NCBI GenBank assembly: GCA_022705345.1
Contig: JAKJEQ010000002.1
Location: 1 to 44,212 of the forward strand
Reading direction: 5' to 3'
Origin: Planctomycetota bacterium
GTDB taxonomy: Bacteria; Planctomycetota; Phycisphaerae; Sedimentisphaerales; UBA12454
DNA length: 44,212 nt
A model generated the notes under the pieces. That model ran no database searches and was not told the origin of the DNA. It worked only from the letters and a program-made list of their open reading frames with translations. Position numbers and translations under genes: made by a program. Below are positions 1 to 9,686 of this stretch, in pieces; within the stretch, counting starts at the first letter, position 1; each line of letters starts with the position of its first letter.

Positions 1-101
1 CCAACAGGGCTTTCCTGCATAAATACGTCATAATTATTTTGTGCATAGCTCATTGAAACAAAACAAAAAATGACACAAATAAAAAAGCAATAACGTAACA
101 T
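1..101 (-). CDS. 5' end of a secreted-protein gene running off the left edge (partial)
   Basis: Reverse-strand ATG at 99-101 opens MLRYCFFICVIFCFVSMSYAQNNYDVFMQESPV..., a hydrophobic signal-peptide-like N-terminus. The frame stays open to the window edge. It is too short to appear in the ORF track. Confidence 0.35.
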   Translation of the reverse strand, partial: MLRYCFFICVIFCFVSMSYAQNNYDVFMQESPV

Positions 102-485
102 TTTTAATCCTTGTTCGCCGCCGACCTAAAAGCTTCGGCAGCTCTTTCAATAAGAATTTCTTCTTCAATTAGATCAACGTCAAATAACTTCTTCTTATTG
201 ACTCACTCAAGGATTCCATTAGAACTTTTTACGATTCCTTCCTGTTAATATATAAAACTTCCCAACTCTTTATGCGGCAATAAATAAAAACATCTTTATA
301 AAAAGACGAAAATTGCGGCATATCCATTATTAAATTGCGTAGAATCGCAATGCGAGTTAACCCATCTCCAGATTGAAATAAACATCTTGAGTATTAATGC
401 AAATGTTTATTTTTAAGTGTTTTCACCAACTCCCCAGTTAAAAGAATTATATCCTGCTTTTTAGAAAATGCAAGATAATAAATTT

Positions 486-1238
486 TTAATCTGGGATTTC
501 ATACCCAAAAGAAGTATTACCGCCCAAAAGACGTTCATACTTCTTTCTGATGAAAGAGGTGAAAACTCCGGCGGCCATGAGGCATAAGCCCCCCGGCTCT
601 GGAATAGGGTTATAATCATATGTTAATGTTAAAGAACCATCCGTCCAAACAGGCGGAGTACAGGAATATTCGATCTCAGTTACGTTCTCGCCCGAAAACT
701 CGGTAAGAGATATCAGCGAATAAGGAATAACAAATTTTCCGGTTCCCAGAAAACCTTTATTCCCCTGTGACCAAAACGAGCTTGCAATAAAACCGCTATC
801 TGACACAGTTTTATCTGTGCCAATTGCAATAGCGCCATCAGGGGCACTCTCATCATAATTGTTTTTGCCATCACCATTGTCAGGAGCGAGAATAAAATCA
901 AAGCTTGTGAAAGCATAGACATTTCCATTATCGAAAATCAACTGATATGAAGAATCCAACAGGCTGACATCCGAAGTATCTTTTATGTCAACGGCTGCAC
1001 CGAACAAAAGAGTGCCGATAGCTTCGGATGCGCTGTCGTTATCGTAATTAATTTGTCCGCCGTAGATGTTCAATGTCAAATCAAGCCTGATAAAATTAAG
1101 TATCCCTTTACTGCAATCGAATTGGTCGAATATTCCGTCACTGCCTAAATCTACTTTCTGGGTTATTGTATCAGCAAAAGAGAATGAGCCAAATGCAAGT
1201 AACCCATAAAATAACCGCGTAATTTGTTTGGACGTCAT
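486..1238 (-). CDS. Secreted protein with a PEP-CTERM-like sorting motif near the C-terminus
   Basis: 250-aa ORF. The N-terminus is signal-like (LFYGLLAFGSFSFA). Near the C-terminus, PIPEPGGLCLMAAGVFTSFIRKK gives PEP, a hydrophobic helix and a basic cluster. An unusual extra tail of ~17 aa follows. Confidence 0.6.
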   Translation of the reverse strand: MTSKQITRLFYGLLAFGSFSFADTITQKVDLGSDGIFDQFDCSKGILNFIRLDLTLNIYGGQINYDNDSASEAIGTLLFGAAVDIKDTSDVSLLDSSYQLIFDNGNVYAFTSFDFILAPDNGDGKNNYDESAPDGAIAIGTDKTVSDSGFIASSFWSQGNKGFLGTGKFVIPYSLISLTEFSGENVTEIEYSCTPPVWTDGSLTLTYDYNPIPEPGGLCLMAAGVFTSFIRKKYERLLGGNTSFGYEIPD

Positions 1239-1263
1239 AGATTTCGGCCTTTTGCAGTTACAA

Positions 1264-1857
1264 CTACTTAGCTATTCTTTTTCTGAAAACTGACAATGCT
1301 CCGAGACTCAGCATTGCAATGGTCGCGGGTTCTGGAATAGAGTTAACCGTGAAATTAGAAGCCGCGGTGGTGAAACTTGTCGAAGTAAAATCGTCAATAC
1401 CGCTTGGAACAAAAAACGTAATATTAACGATATCACCAATGGAACCGAAATCTGTAACAAGCGAACTGCCTGGCGACACTGTGAAAGCGCCTATGCCTGC
1501 AAGCATTCCGCCGCCATTAAACACTTCGACGATGTTAAAAGATGTGATCGTGCCCGACAAATAATTAGTACTGCCGTCAGTGAAAGCAAATGAGCCGGTT
1601 GTACTTGGTTTCAGGTTCGCGGTCGCTGTGGTTCCGGCAGGAACATTCTGCAAAAACAGGTTAAGCGTAAATGTTCCGCTAAGAGCTACATTGCCTGATT
1701 CGTATATAACTAAACCGCCGGTGCCTGTCATTTCAAAAAGACCGTTCGTATGGTTGAAATTTGTGACCGCGTTATTTGCGGTTATAGATTGGATTGTCGC
1801 GGCGTAAGTAGTTGAAGCCGCAATCAGAATTAAACAGATTTCTAATGTTTTTTTCAT
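1264..1857 (-). CDS. PEP-CTERM domain secreted protein
   Basis: 197-aa ORF with signal peptide MKKTLEICLILIAASTTYA. The C-terminus IPEPATIAMLSLGALSVFRKRIAK is a canonical PEP-CTERM anchor. Confidence 0.75.
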   Translation of the reverse strand: MKKTLEICLILIAASTTYAATIQSITANNAVTNFNHTNGLFEMTGTGGLVIYESGNVALSGTFTLNLFLQNVPAGTTATANLKPSTTGSFAFTDGSTNYLSGTITSFNIVEVFNGGGMLAGIGAFTVSPGSSLVTDFGSIGDIVNITFFVPSGIDDFTSTSFTTAASNFTVNSIPEPATIAMLSLGALSVFRKRIAK

Positions 1858-1921
1858 TCCTTGTACCTTTCAATAATTTTTTCCAAAAAAGTTTACTGCT
1901 ATGCGCAGAATTTCCGCGCAA

Positions 1922-2039
1922 AATAACTTGAACTCCTGGAAAACTTGCGCCTCCAAAACGCGGTACTACGTTGCTTTAAAACGCGCGCAAGACATGCGCT
2001 GAATAACTTGATCTCCTGGAAAAGATGACTGCCTCCAAA
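1922..2039. repeat. Two ~37-bp direct repeats spaced ~80 bp apart, upstream of the PEP-CTERM gene
   Basis: AATAACTTGAaCTCCTGGAAAA..GCCTCCAAA at 1922-1957 recurs as AATAACTTGAtCTCCTGGAAAA..GCCTCCAAA at 2002-2039. Both lie in the 5' region of the minus-strand gene that starts at 1857. Confidence 0.5.
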
Positions 2040-2229
2040 TAAGCTCAAAACGTAAAAGCGAAATTAAAAAAGAAAGAGCTTGTGTTTCGTGTTTCTCCCA
2101 CCTCATTTATAGCGTGCATTATACCACAGTTAATTGCAAATGCAAGAGAAAAATCTACTTTTTTTTGAGTATAAAAAAGCCCCTTTTTGAGGAGCTTTTT
2201 GGGAATTATAACATGTTTGTCAATTAAAC

Positions 2230-2652
2230 TCAGGAGAATAATTTGCTTATAAAACCCTTTTTGCCGGATTTGCCGTTAATTTTTTCAAGATGCTTTTGAA
2301 CCATGTCCGGGATCTGAAAAGCGTTAAATGGTTTTACGATATAATCGACAGCGCCTTTGGTGATCGCTAAATCGATATCCTTCGAATCTTCCTTGCAGGT
2401 GAGCATGACGACGGGGATGTACATTGTTTTGCTGTCGCGTTTTAGTTCGGTCAGGACTTCCATTCCGTCCATTTCCGGCATGAGCCAGTCGAGAAGTATA
2501 ACATCAACCAGTTCGGAACGTGCAATTTTTAAACCTTCTGCGCCTCTGGATGTGCTTTTAACATTAAAACCTTTGTTTGAAAGAGTGCTGTTCAGCAGTG
2601 TCCTTATTGTGATATCGTCATCTATGACAAGTATTGTGACTTTATCCTGCAT
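2230..2652 (-). CDS. Single-domain response regulator (CheY-like receiver)
   Basis: 140-aa ORF. ILVIDDD acidic pocket, ILLDWLMPEMDG phospho-acceptor Asp context and a conserved K in VKPF. No output domain. Confidence 0.85.
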   Translation of the reverse strand: MQDKVTILVIDDDITIRTLLNSTLSNKGFNVKSTSRGAEGLKIARSELVDVILLDWLMPEMDGMEVLTELKRDSKTMYIPVVMLTCKEDSKDIDLAITKGAVDYIVKPFNAFQIPDMVQKHLEKINGKSGKKGFISKLFS

Positions 2653-2894
2653 ATAGCTCCTGTTTATTCATAAAGATTATCGGCTTTAAAAGTTTAAAAG
2701 TTGAACGAATTTTTATGCCAAAGAATTTTTTTACGAAGTCCTATAAAAGCCGAGTCTTAACTAAAATGAAACGTTATTACTCAATTAAGGTTTTCAGTTC
2801 GGTCTAAACGGCTTGGATAAAAAATACGATTTTCATATAATGAAAGCGAAGGCTGATGTTTAAGTCAGTAATTTTTGGTTCATTTTTGCCCTTT

Positions 2895-2926
2895 CCCGCA
2901 TTTGTCCTTAAATGCGGGATTTTTTT
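2895..2926 (+). terminator. Rho-independent-terminator-like hairpin with no obvious upstream plus-strand gene
   Basis: CCCGCATTT-gtcctt-AAATGCGGG is a perfect 9-bp stem, followed by ATTTTTTT. It lies between a minus-strand gene and the plus-strand SMR gene. Confidence 0.4.
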
Positions 2927-2931
2927 GCGCT

Positions 2932-2960
2932 TTGACGAAATGGCTGCGATGGTTTAACAT
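2932..2960 (+). promoter_or_regulatory. Candidate sigma-70-type promoter for the SMR gene
   Basis: TTGACG (2932-2937), a 17-nt spacer, then TAACAT (2955-2960). It ends ~24 nt upstream of the GTG start at 2984. Pattern match only. Confidence 0.25.
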
Positions 2961-2983
2961 TGAGATATTAAATAAGGTTTGCT

Positions 2984-3301
2984 GTGAGCTGGGTATATTT
3001 ATTTATCGCCGCGATATTTGAGGTCGGTTGGCCGCTTGGTTTTAAATTGGCACAAATAACGCATCATAAGATTTTTTGGATTTTATTTGCCGTAATCAGT
3101 ATGGCATTGAGCGGATGGTTTCTGTATATCGCGCAAAAAGCTTTACCTATCGGAACCGCATACTCGGTATGGACCGGAACCGGCGCGGTTTGCACATTTC
3201 TGATCGGAGTTGTTTTCTTTCACGATGCGATGAGTATGCTTAGATTTTTGGGAATTATTCTTATTGTTTGCGGTATTATTTTTTTGAAGGCTGCTCATTA
3301 A
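2984..3301 (+). CDS. sugE: SMR-family small multidrug resistance / guanidinium exporter (SugE/Gdx-like)
   Basis: 105 aa with four predicted TM helices. The N-terminus MSWVYLFIAAIFEVGWPLGFK carries the conserved membrane-embedded Glu typical of the SugE subfamily. GTG start. Confidence 0.8.
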   Translation: MSWVYLFIAAIFEVGWPLGFKLAQITHHKIFWILFAVISMALSGWFLYIAQKALPIGTAYSVWTGTGAVCTFLIGVVFFHDAMSMLRFLGIILIVCGIIFLKAAH

Positions 3302-3426
3302 ATTGCGATGGCGGGGGGCCTAGCGCACATAAGAGCTTTTTTTAGCGGGAATTGGGATGAAACAATTCTTGATTGAAAACGTAATTTCGATTAAAATTCC
3401 ATCTTTTAACTCTTTAGAGAGTATTT

Positions 3427-4632
3427 ATGGAAGATATAAACCGGCAAATTGAACAGCTAAAACGCGGAACTGTTGAAATTTTCAATGAAAAGGAGCTAAC
3501 CGATCGCCTTGTCGAGGCGGCAAAGGAAAAACGGCAGCTTCGAATCAAGCTCGGAATGGACCCGACCGCGCCGGATATTCATCTGGGCCATACTGTCGTT
3601 ATGCGCAAGATGCGGCAGTTTCAGGATATGGGGCACAAGGCTGTTCTGATTATAGGAGACTATACCGCTCGAATTGGCGACCCGACAGGTGTTAACACAA
3701 CTCGGCCGATGCTTTCGCCAGAGCAGATCGAGAAAAACGCACAGACTTATATCGCTCAGGCGGGCAAGGTGCTCGATACTTCCAACGATAAACTGGAAGT
3801 CAGATATAACGGCGAATGGTTCGACAAGATGAGCCTAATGGAACTCATCCAGCTTGCGGCCAAAAAAACAATAGCACAAATGCTGCAAAGAGACAGTTTC
3901 AAACAGCGGCTGCAAAACGATATCGATGTTTACACTCACGAATTTTTGTATCCGCTGATGCAGGGATACGATTCGGTGGTGGTGAAAAGTGACGTCGAAC
4001 TGGGGGGGACCGACCAGACGTTTAATAACCTTGTCGGCAGAGATGTGCAAAGGGCTTACGGGCAAAAAGCACAGATTGTAATTACTATGCCGATACTTGT
4101 CGGACTTGACGGCGTTCAGAAGATGAGCAAATCGAAAGGTAATTATATTGGCGTAACGGATTCGCCTAAAGAAATGTTCGGCAAAGTGATGAGCATCAGC
4201 GATGAGATGATGGAAAATTATTATACTCTGCTGACAGACATACCAATGGAAAGAATCAAAGAATTGGTTGATTCCGGCAAGACCCATCCGAAAGAAGCGA
4301 AGGTTTTCCTCGGCAAAACCATTATAAAGCAATTTCACGACGAAGCTGCTGCGCAAACCGCTGCCGATGAATTTGAAAAAGTATTTGCCCAGAAACAGTT
4401 GCCGCAGGATATGCCGGAAGTTAAAATATCAAATGAGGCGATAACCGCGGCTAAGCTTCTGACGGCCTGCAATCTTGTCTCAAGCGGCGGAGAAGCGAAA
4501 AGGCTTATCGCCGGCGGCGGAATGAGTATCGATAGTGAAAAGATTAGCGACCCGAATAAATCGATAATACCTGTAAATGGAATGATTGTTCGTGCGGGAA
4601 AACTTAAATTTGCGAAATTGCTGATAAATTAG
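3427..4632 (+). CDS. tyrS: Tyrosyl-tRNA synthetase
   Basis: 401 aa. HIGH motif (HLGH), KMSKS motif present verbatim, and a C-terminal S4-like RNA-binding region (GEAKRLIAGGGMSID). Confidence 0.95.
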   Translation: MEDINRQIEQLKRGTVEIFNEKELTDRLVEAAKEKRQLRIKLGMDPTAPDIHLGHTVVMRKMRQFQDMGHKAVLIIGDYTARIGDPTGVNTTRPMLSPEQIEKNAQTYIAQAGKVLDTSNDKLEVRYNGEWFDKMSLMELIQLAAKKTIAQMLQRDSFKQRLQNDIDVYTHEFLYPLMQGYDSVVVKSDVELGGTDQTFNNLVGRDVQRAYGQKAQIVITMPILVGLDGVQKMSKSKGNYIGVTDSPKEMFGKVMSISDEMMENYYTLLTDIPMERIKELVDSGKTHPKEAKVFLGKTIIKQFHDEAAAQTAADEFEKVFAQKQLPQDMPEVKISNEAITAAKLLTACNLVSSGGEAKRLIAGGGMSIDSEKISDPNKSIIPVNGMIVRAGKLKFAKLLIN

Positions 4633-4658
4633 AACTGTGCAGTCGGATTTTTGGTATA

Positions 4659-4898
4659 ATGGAGTATAACTTTACAAATTATTTTGAAAATGAAGTATTG
4701 CGGAAACGCCCTTATATTAAAAAAGAATGGTGTATAGAAGTGGTAAAAAATCCAATTAAAGTTGAACCGCAGGAAAATAACCGCTTCAGATATTGGGGCA
4801 AAATTGAAGAATTTGGCAACAGAATATTGCGAGTGGTAACGCTGGCTGATAAGCTGACAATACACAACGCTTTTTTTGACAGGAGCTTTAAATTATGA
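4659..4898 (+). CDS. DUF4258-like small protein (putative toxin of a DUF4258/DUF2283 pair)
   Basis: 79 aa. Its stop overlaps the next start by 4 nt (ATGA). The call rests on pairing with a DUF2283-like partner plus size and sequence style, from memory of the family and not from a search. Confidence 0.55.
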   Translation: MEYNFTNYFENEVLRKRPYIKKEWCIEVVKNPIKVEPQENNRFRYWGKIEEFGNRILRVVTLADKLTIHNAFFDRSFKL

Positions 4899-5113
4899 AG
4901 CTGAATTATTATCCTGAAACTGATTCGTTATATATCGATCTTGCTGAAAAAGATGGAACTGAAAGCAGAGAAGTATCCGAAGGTGTTGTTCTGGACTACG
5001 ATGAAAAAGGTGATCTTGTTGGGATTGATATAGATAACGCAAGTAAAAAAATATCGCTTGAGACACTTACACTTGTAAAACTGCCGAGTGAAGTTAAAAA
5101 GTTTTCTGCATGA
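4895..5113 (+). CDS. DUF2283-family small protein (putative antitoxin partner)
   Basis: 72 aa. MKLNYYPETDSLYIDL....VLDYDEKGDLVGIDIDNASK matches the characteristic DUF2283 pattern (Y..e.D.lyi.l ... G.lvGIei..AS). Confidence 0.7.
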   Translation: MKLNYYPETDSLYIDLAEKDGTESREVSEGVVLDYDEKGDLVGIDIDNASKKISLETLTLVKLPSEVKKFSA

Positions 5114-5126
5114 GGGGTCTAACTGG

Positions 5127-5708
5127 ATGAAATTACCTGAAATGAAAAATGCTGAAAAATACAAGGGCCTTTATGTTGTCGATTTCGGAGACCATAGCGG
5201 AGTTGGTTTTACCGCTGAGGAAGTTGCCGAACTTCTCGAAAGTGAAAAATTCAAGGACATAAAAGTTTATAAAATTTACAGGGCCTACCCTGACGGCAAA
5301 ATGGAACTTAAAGGCGTGCCCAATTCGATATTCGAGCTTGAAGCCGGAATGTTCTTTTATGAATCCGATGAAAGCACAGCGCGAGGCGATTATAAAAAGC
5401 TGGTAAATTCAGCCGTTTCAACCGCGCCTCCGACAAAGGCGAAAGTTCATCTTGCAAAATACGACAATGGAAAATTTGTAACCGCTATTATTTATCCGGC
5501 CGAGCAAAACGATGAGGTCAGCAAATGGCTTTTGGATATTGATTATAAAACACAGGGTCTTGTCGAAGGCGGCATAGATGCGGTTAAACATTATTATAGC
5601 GATGAGCCGGAAGTTCTGGAAAGACATCAGTTGTTCAGCAGTTCGCAAATAGAAAGCCTTACAGGCGAGCAGCTTTTGGCGGCGACGAAAATGGCACGAG
5701 TTAGATAA
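5127..5708 (+). CDS. Hypothetical protein
   Basis: Long ORF. The ATG at 5127, preceded by GAGGGG, is preferred over the GTG at 5088, which overlaps the previous gene. No recognisable motif. Confidence 0.6.
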   Translation: MKLPEMKNAEKYKGLYVVDFGDHSGVGFTAEEVAELLESEKFKDIKVYKIYRAYPDGKMELKGVPNSIFELEAGMFFYESDESTARGDYKKLVNSAVSTAPPTKAKVHLAKYDNGKFVTAIIYPAEQNDEVSKWLLDIDYKTQGLVEGGIDAVKHYYSDEPEVLERHQLFSSSQIESLTGEQLLAATKMARVR

Positions 5709-5906
5709 ATCGAAGAATTAAGATTGAAGATTGAAGAATTTAAAATTGCCGTCATAATGTTTATTTCCTCGTTGTTAAAGCCTAAACAGAAACCTCATGA
5801 TTTAAAAAAGATAGAATTTTCAAGTTCTGCACAAAAAATGGGAATCACATTCACGGACAAAATCCGCGAAACTTTTCGCCGCAAATGGATCAAAAAGTCA
5901 TAACAA

Positions 5907-8900
5907 TTACGCGTTTTGGCCGTGGCACTTCTTGTACTTTTTACCGCTGCCGCAGGGGCAGGGATCGTTTCGGCCGACTTTCGGCTTTTCGTGAACGATC
6001 TGTTTGACTTTGGCGGCTTCGCCTTGCGGGGCCTGTGCGGCGGCTCGCTGCTGTTCAGAAACTTCGAAATGATCAACTTCCTGATGCTGCGTTCTGCCCG
6101 ACTGCCAGACGTTTCGCGTTCTCGTGCCTGCTTCGAGACGAACTTTGAAAATCGTGTCAGTGACTTTGTCCTGGATCGAATCGAGCATATCGCTGAACAT
6201 TCTGAAGCCTTCGCTTTTGTATTCTATCTTGGGGTCTTTCTCGGCGTAGGCTCGCATAAAGATGCTTTCCTTTAGGCGGTCCATCGAATAGAGGTGGTCT
6301 TTCCACGCTGAATCGTAAAATTGCAGCAGAACATATTTTTCAAGTTCGCTAAGCTCGGTACGCAGAAAATCTTTGCCTGCTTTGAGAAGCGTTTCTTTTG
6401 CCGAGTCATTATTATTACCGGTCGCTGACGCTCGCGGCTCTGATGCGAGATCATCGCTATTTAAATTTGCCTTGAATCTGGCGTTAGCCCACTCGGCAAG
6501 CAGGGCGGGAGATTGAGCCGAGGCGATGTGTTCATCGATTTCTTTCTCAAGGCCTGTGGTGTGATATTCTTCGCTGATTTTCAAAAGCTCTTTATGGATG
6601 GTGTTCGGCGAAGTTTCCTGAAGATATGAAACAGGCATTTCCGCCGCGAACCTGTCTTTTAGCCACTTCGACAAAGTTTCAAAAGCGTAAACGTTAACGC
6701 TGTCGCCGCGGAAGGTCATGCTCATCGCGAACTCGATCGGGTATTCTATTTCACGTCTTGTATAACGAACGCGGACCTGCTCAAGCAGTTTTTCGTAAAC
6801 CTGCTCGGGTTTTAAATCTTTTAATTCATTCACGTCGAGCTTAATCGCGAATTTATTGGCAGCCCAATTTACGAAAGTCTTGATTCTGAAATCAGGGTCG
6901 AGGAACGTACTGATTATCGAACAATCTTTTTTATCTATCTGTTCTGCGGATGCTTCAATCAGGTTCTGCTGAATTTCCTCAGCGGTCATCTGGCGGATTT
7001 TGCTGCCCGAGAGATTAACGCTGAACGTGCTCATCGCCCACTTGACGAGCGATTCGATGTTCCATGTGTTTCGGTCTTCGAAATCTTCGAGATATTCGCC
7101 GAGCGTAACGGAAATATTATTTGCCGCATCGTTTTTCGCGGTTCTCTTAATAATTTCCTCGACGTTTTCGGCGTCCAAATCCGTGAACCGTTTTGGACTG
7201 ATATCGACTCCGAAAGCGGTTTTTGCCCATTCGGAGATTCCTTTATACTGATAACCTTCTGCCAGGATCGTGCTGGCCGCGGTATCGATGGTTGCTTCAA
7301 TCATAGCGGTGATAACTTCCTTAAGGCCGATGCCGTCGATTACCTGTCTTCTGCGAGAGTAGAAGGTTTTTCGCTGGTAGTCCATGACTTCGTCATATTC
7401 GAGAAGGCTTTTTCGCGCCTCGAAGTTTCGCTGCTCGACTTTTTTCTGAACCTTTTCAATTTGTTTGCTGATGGTTCGATGAAGAATCGGTTCGCCTTCC
7501 TTCCATCCGACAAGACTGAGAAGTTTTGGGATTCTTTCTCCGCCGAAGAGTTTCATCAAATCGTCGTCGAAGCTCAAAAAGAACTGGCTTGAACCCGGGT
7601 CTCCCTGTCTGCCTGCTCGGCCTCGAAGCTGATTGTCGATTCTTCTCGCTTCGTGTCGTTCGGTGCCGACGATGTGAAGGCCGCCGGCGACTTTCGTGTT
7701 TCCATTTGTCTGAAAGACGTTTGCCAGAAGGTCGGTCGATTTGTATGTTGTCGTATTTTCGGTTCCGCCCTGCTTCAAAGTATAGATTTCAACGCTGCTG
7801 TCTTCGGGGTCTGGTTCTGTTTTTACAACTTCCCAAAGTACGCTCGGAATCAGCTTTATATCCGTTCCCCTGCCTGCCATGTTGGTTGCGATTGTAACGT
7901 TGCCGCAGAGATTGCCGCTGCGGTCAGTGTGCTGTTGGCCTGCTTTTTCGACGATCAAGGCTTCGCGCGCGTGCTGCTTTGCGTTGAGGACTTCATGTTC
8001 AAGGCCGTATTTTTTGGTAAGGGCGTTTGAGATTGCTTCGCTTTTCTCGACGCTGATTGTGCCGACAAGAACGGGTCTGCCGGCGGAGCTGACCTGGTGA
8101 ATTTCATCGACGATGGCGTTGAATTTTTCGCGAAGGCTTTTATAAATCATATCGTCTTTGTCGTCGCGAACGCAGGGTTTATTTGTCGGTATCGTAATTA
8201 CTTCGAGCTTGTAAATTTGTGAAAATTCTTCGGCTTCCGTCGCGGCAGTGCCGGTCATACCCGCAATTTTTTTGTAGAGCCTGAAAAAGTTTTGCAGCGT
8301 AATAGTCGCAAGGGTCTGCGACTCTTCTTTTATCGTTACGTTTTCCTTGGCTTCGACAGCCTGGTGTAATCCGTCCGACCATTGTCTGCCGTGCATCAAT
8401 CGGCCGGTGAACTCATCGACGATGACGACTTTGCCGTCCATAACGACATAGTCTTTTTCTCTTTCGAAAACGGTATGAGCGCGAAGGCTCTGCTCGATTA
8501 GGTGTTTCCATTCTGTATTTGCGCCGACGAAGAACGAGCCTACGCCGACTAAATCCTGTGCTGCGCCGGTGCCGTCGTGATTGAGGTGTGCGCTCTTGCG
8601 GTCATATTCGACTTCGTAAAATTGTTTAGCGGATTCGAGACGAGGCTGAAGATTTTCGATTTCGATTTTTGATTTATCAATAACCTGCTGAGCCTTTTGC
8701 ATTCTCGTTTCGTCTTTTGCTTTTTTTGCATCGGACAATTCGCCCTGCGCGTTGGCTAAAGTTTTTTGAGCGGTATCAATATTCTGCTTTATGCGGTCGT
8801 ACTCGCTTTGCATTTTTATGAGCTGTCTTGCTACGCCGTCGGCTTTTTTGTATCTGCTGACATCGTCGAAAGCGGGGCCTGAAATAATCAGCGGCGTTCT

Positions 8901-9584
8901 GGCCTCGTCGATAAGGATCGAGTCCACTTCGTCGATGATAGCGTAGTCGAGCGGGCCCTGCGCGAGCTGCTCCGCTGAGACTTTCATATTATCGCGGAGA
9001 TAATCGAAGCCGAACTCGTTGTTCGTGCCGTAAGTTATATCGCAGCCGTATTGGGCTTTGCGTTCGTCGCCGCTTGTGTCCATATCGGCCTGAATAGCGC
9101 CGACAGAAAGGCCGAGCGCTTTGTAAATCGGGCCCATCCATTCGCTGTCGCGTTTGGCAAGATAGTCGTTTACTGTAACGATGTGAACTTTTTTGCCTGT
9201 GAGGTGAACCAGATACGCGGCCAGAGTAGCGACGAGAGTTTTTCCTTCGCCTGTTGCCATCTCGGCGATTCTGCCGTCGTAGAGGACGTTTCCGCCGATG
9301 AGCTGGACATCGAAATGCCGCATATTGACTGTTCGCCTTGCCGCTTCGCGGACGACAGCGAAAGCCTCGGAAAGAATATCATCGGGGTTCTGCCCCTGCG
9401 CGAGACTGTTTTTAAATTCCTGAGTCTTGGCCTTGAGGGCATCGTCAGTAAGATTTTTTATTTCCTCTTCGTATCGGCCCGCGGCAAGAGCGGTCTGCAT
9501 ATAGCCTTTAACGAGTCTTTCATTGCGAGAGCCGAAGATCTTAACGAGAAATTTACTTATTGCGCTTTGTGCCATAAAAAACAA
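5907..9584 (-). CDS. secA: Preprotein translocase ATPase SecA (extended, 1225 aa)
   Basis: Walker [70 protein letters not shown] and the C-terminal zinc site [14 protein letters not shown]. Confidence 0.95.
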   Translation of the reverse strand: MFFMAQSAISKFLVKIFGSRNERLVKGYMQTALAAGRYEEEIKNLTDDALKAKTQEFKNSLAQGQNPDDILSEAFAVVREAARRTVNMRHFDVQLIGGNVLYDGRIAEMATGEGKTLVATLAAYLVHLTGKKVHIVTVNDYLAKRDSEWMGPIYKALGLSVGAIQADMDTSGDERKAQYGCDITYGTNNEFGFDYLRDNMKVSAEQLAQGPLDYAIIDEVDSILIDEARTPLIISGPAFDDVSRYKKADGVARQLIKMQSEYDRIKQNIDTAQKTLANAQGELSDAKKAKDETRMQKAQQVIDKSKIEIENLQPRLESAKQFYEVEYDRKSAHLNHDGTGAAQDLVGVGSFFVGANTEWKHLIEQSLRAHTVFEREKDYVVMDGKVVIVDEFTGRLMHGRQWSDGLHQAVEAKENVTIKEESQTLATITLQNFFRLYKKIAGMTGTAATEAEEFSQIYKLEVITIPTNKPCVRDDKDDMIYKSLREKFNAIVDEIHQVSSAGRPVLVGTISVEKSEAISNALTKKYGLEHEVLNAKQHAREALIVEKAGQQHTDRSGNLCGNVTIATNMAGRGTDIKLIPSVLWEVVKTEPDPEDSSVEIYTLKQGGTENTTTYKSTDLLANVFQTNGNTKVAGGLHIVGTERHEARRIDNQLRGRAGRQGDPGSSQFFLSFDDDLMKLFGGERIPKLLSLVGWKEGEPILHRTISKQIEKVQKKVEQRNFEARKSLLEYDEVMDYQRKTFYSRRRQVIDGIGLKEVITAMIEATIDTAASTILAEGYQYKGISEWAKTAFGVDISPKRFTDLDAENVEEIIKRTAKNDAANNISVTLGEYLEDFEDRNTWNIESLVKWAMSTFSVNLSGSKIRQMTAEEIQQNLIEASAEQIDKKDCSIISTFLDPDFRIKTFVNWAANKFAIKLDVNELKDLKPEQVYEKLLEQVRVRYTRREIEYPIEFAMSMTFRGDSVNVYAFETLSKWLKDRFAAEMPVSYLQETSPNTIHKELLKISEEYHTTGLEKEIDEHIASAQSPALLAEWANARFKANLNSDDLASEPRASATGNNNDSAKETLLKAGKDFLRTELSELEKYVLLQFYDSAWKDHLYSMDRLKESIFMRAYAEKDPKIEYKSEGFRMFSDMLDSIQDKVTDTIFKVRLEAGTRTRNVWQSGRTQHQEVDHFEVSEQQRAAAQAPQGEAAKVKQIVHEKPKVGRNDPCPCGSGKKYKKCHGQNA

Positions 9585-9610
9585 TTCAAAAAAAACAAAA
9601 AACTACTTAT

Positions 9611-9682
9611 AGCCACGAAGACACAAAGGCACGAAATATTTGATATAGATTAATTTCTTTGTGTCTTAGTGCCTTAGTGGCT
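9611..9682 (-). terminator. Long imperfect palindrome between efp and secA (terminator/REP-like)
   Basis: AGCCAC..ACACAAAG...CTTTGTGT..GTGGCT arms enclose an AT-rich loop. It sits directly downstream of the efp stop on the minus strand. Confidence 0.4.
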
Positions 9683-9686
9683 TTCA

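Noticed and set aside
2657-2983. Guanidine riboswitch upstream of the SugE-like gene
   Set aside because: I found no GC-rich ACGR-loop hairpin pair (guanidine-II), no guanidine-III pseudoknot consensus and no ykkC-type conserved strings. The only ACGA-loop candidate (around 2826-2835) has an all-A/T stem. The region is kept only as an orphan terminator observation.
5916-9653. Numerous 60-200-aa ORFs on both strands inside secA (for example 9051-9653 +, 7526-8030 +)
   Set aside because: They are antisense or out of frame within a gene whose product shows every canonical SecA motif. These are typical shadow ORFs.
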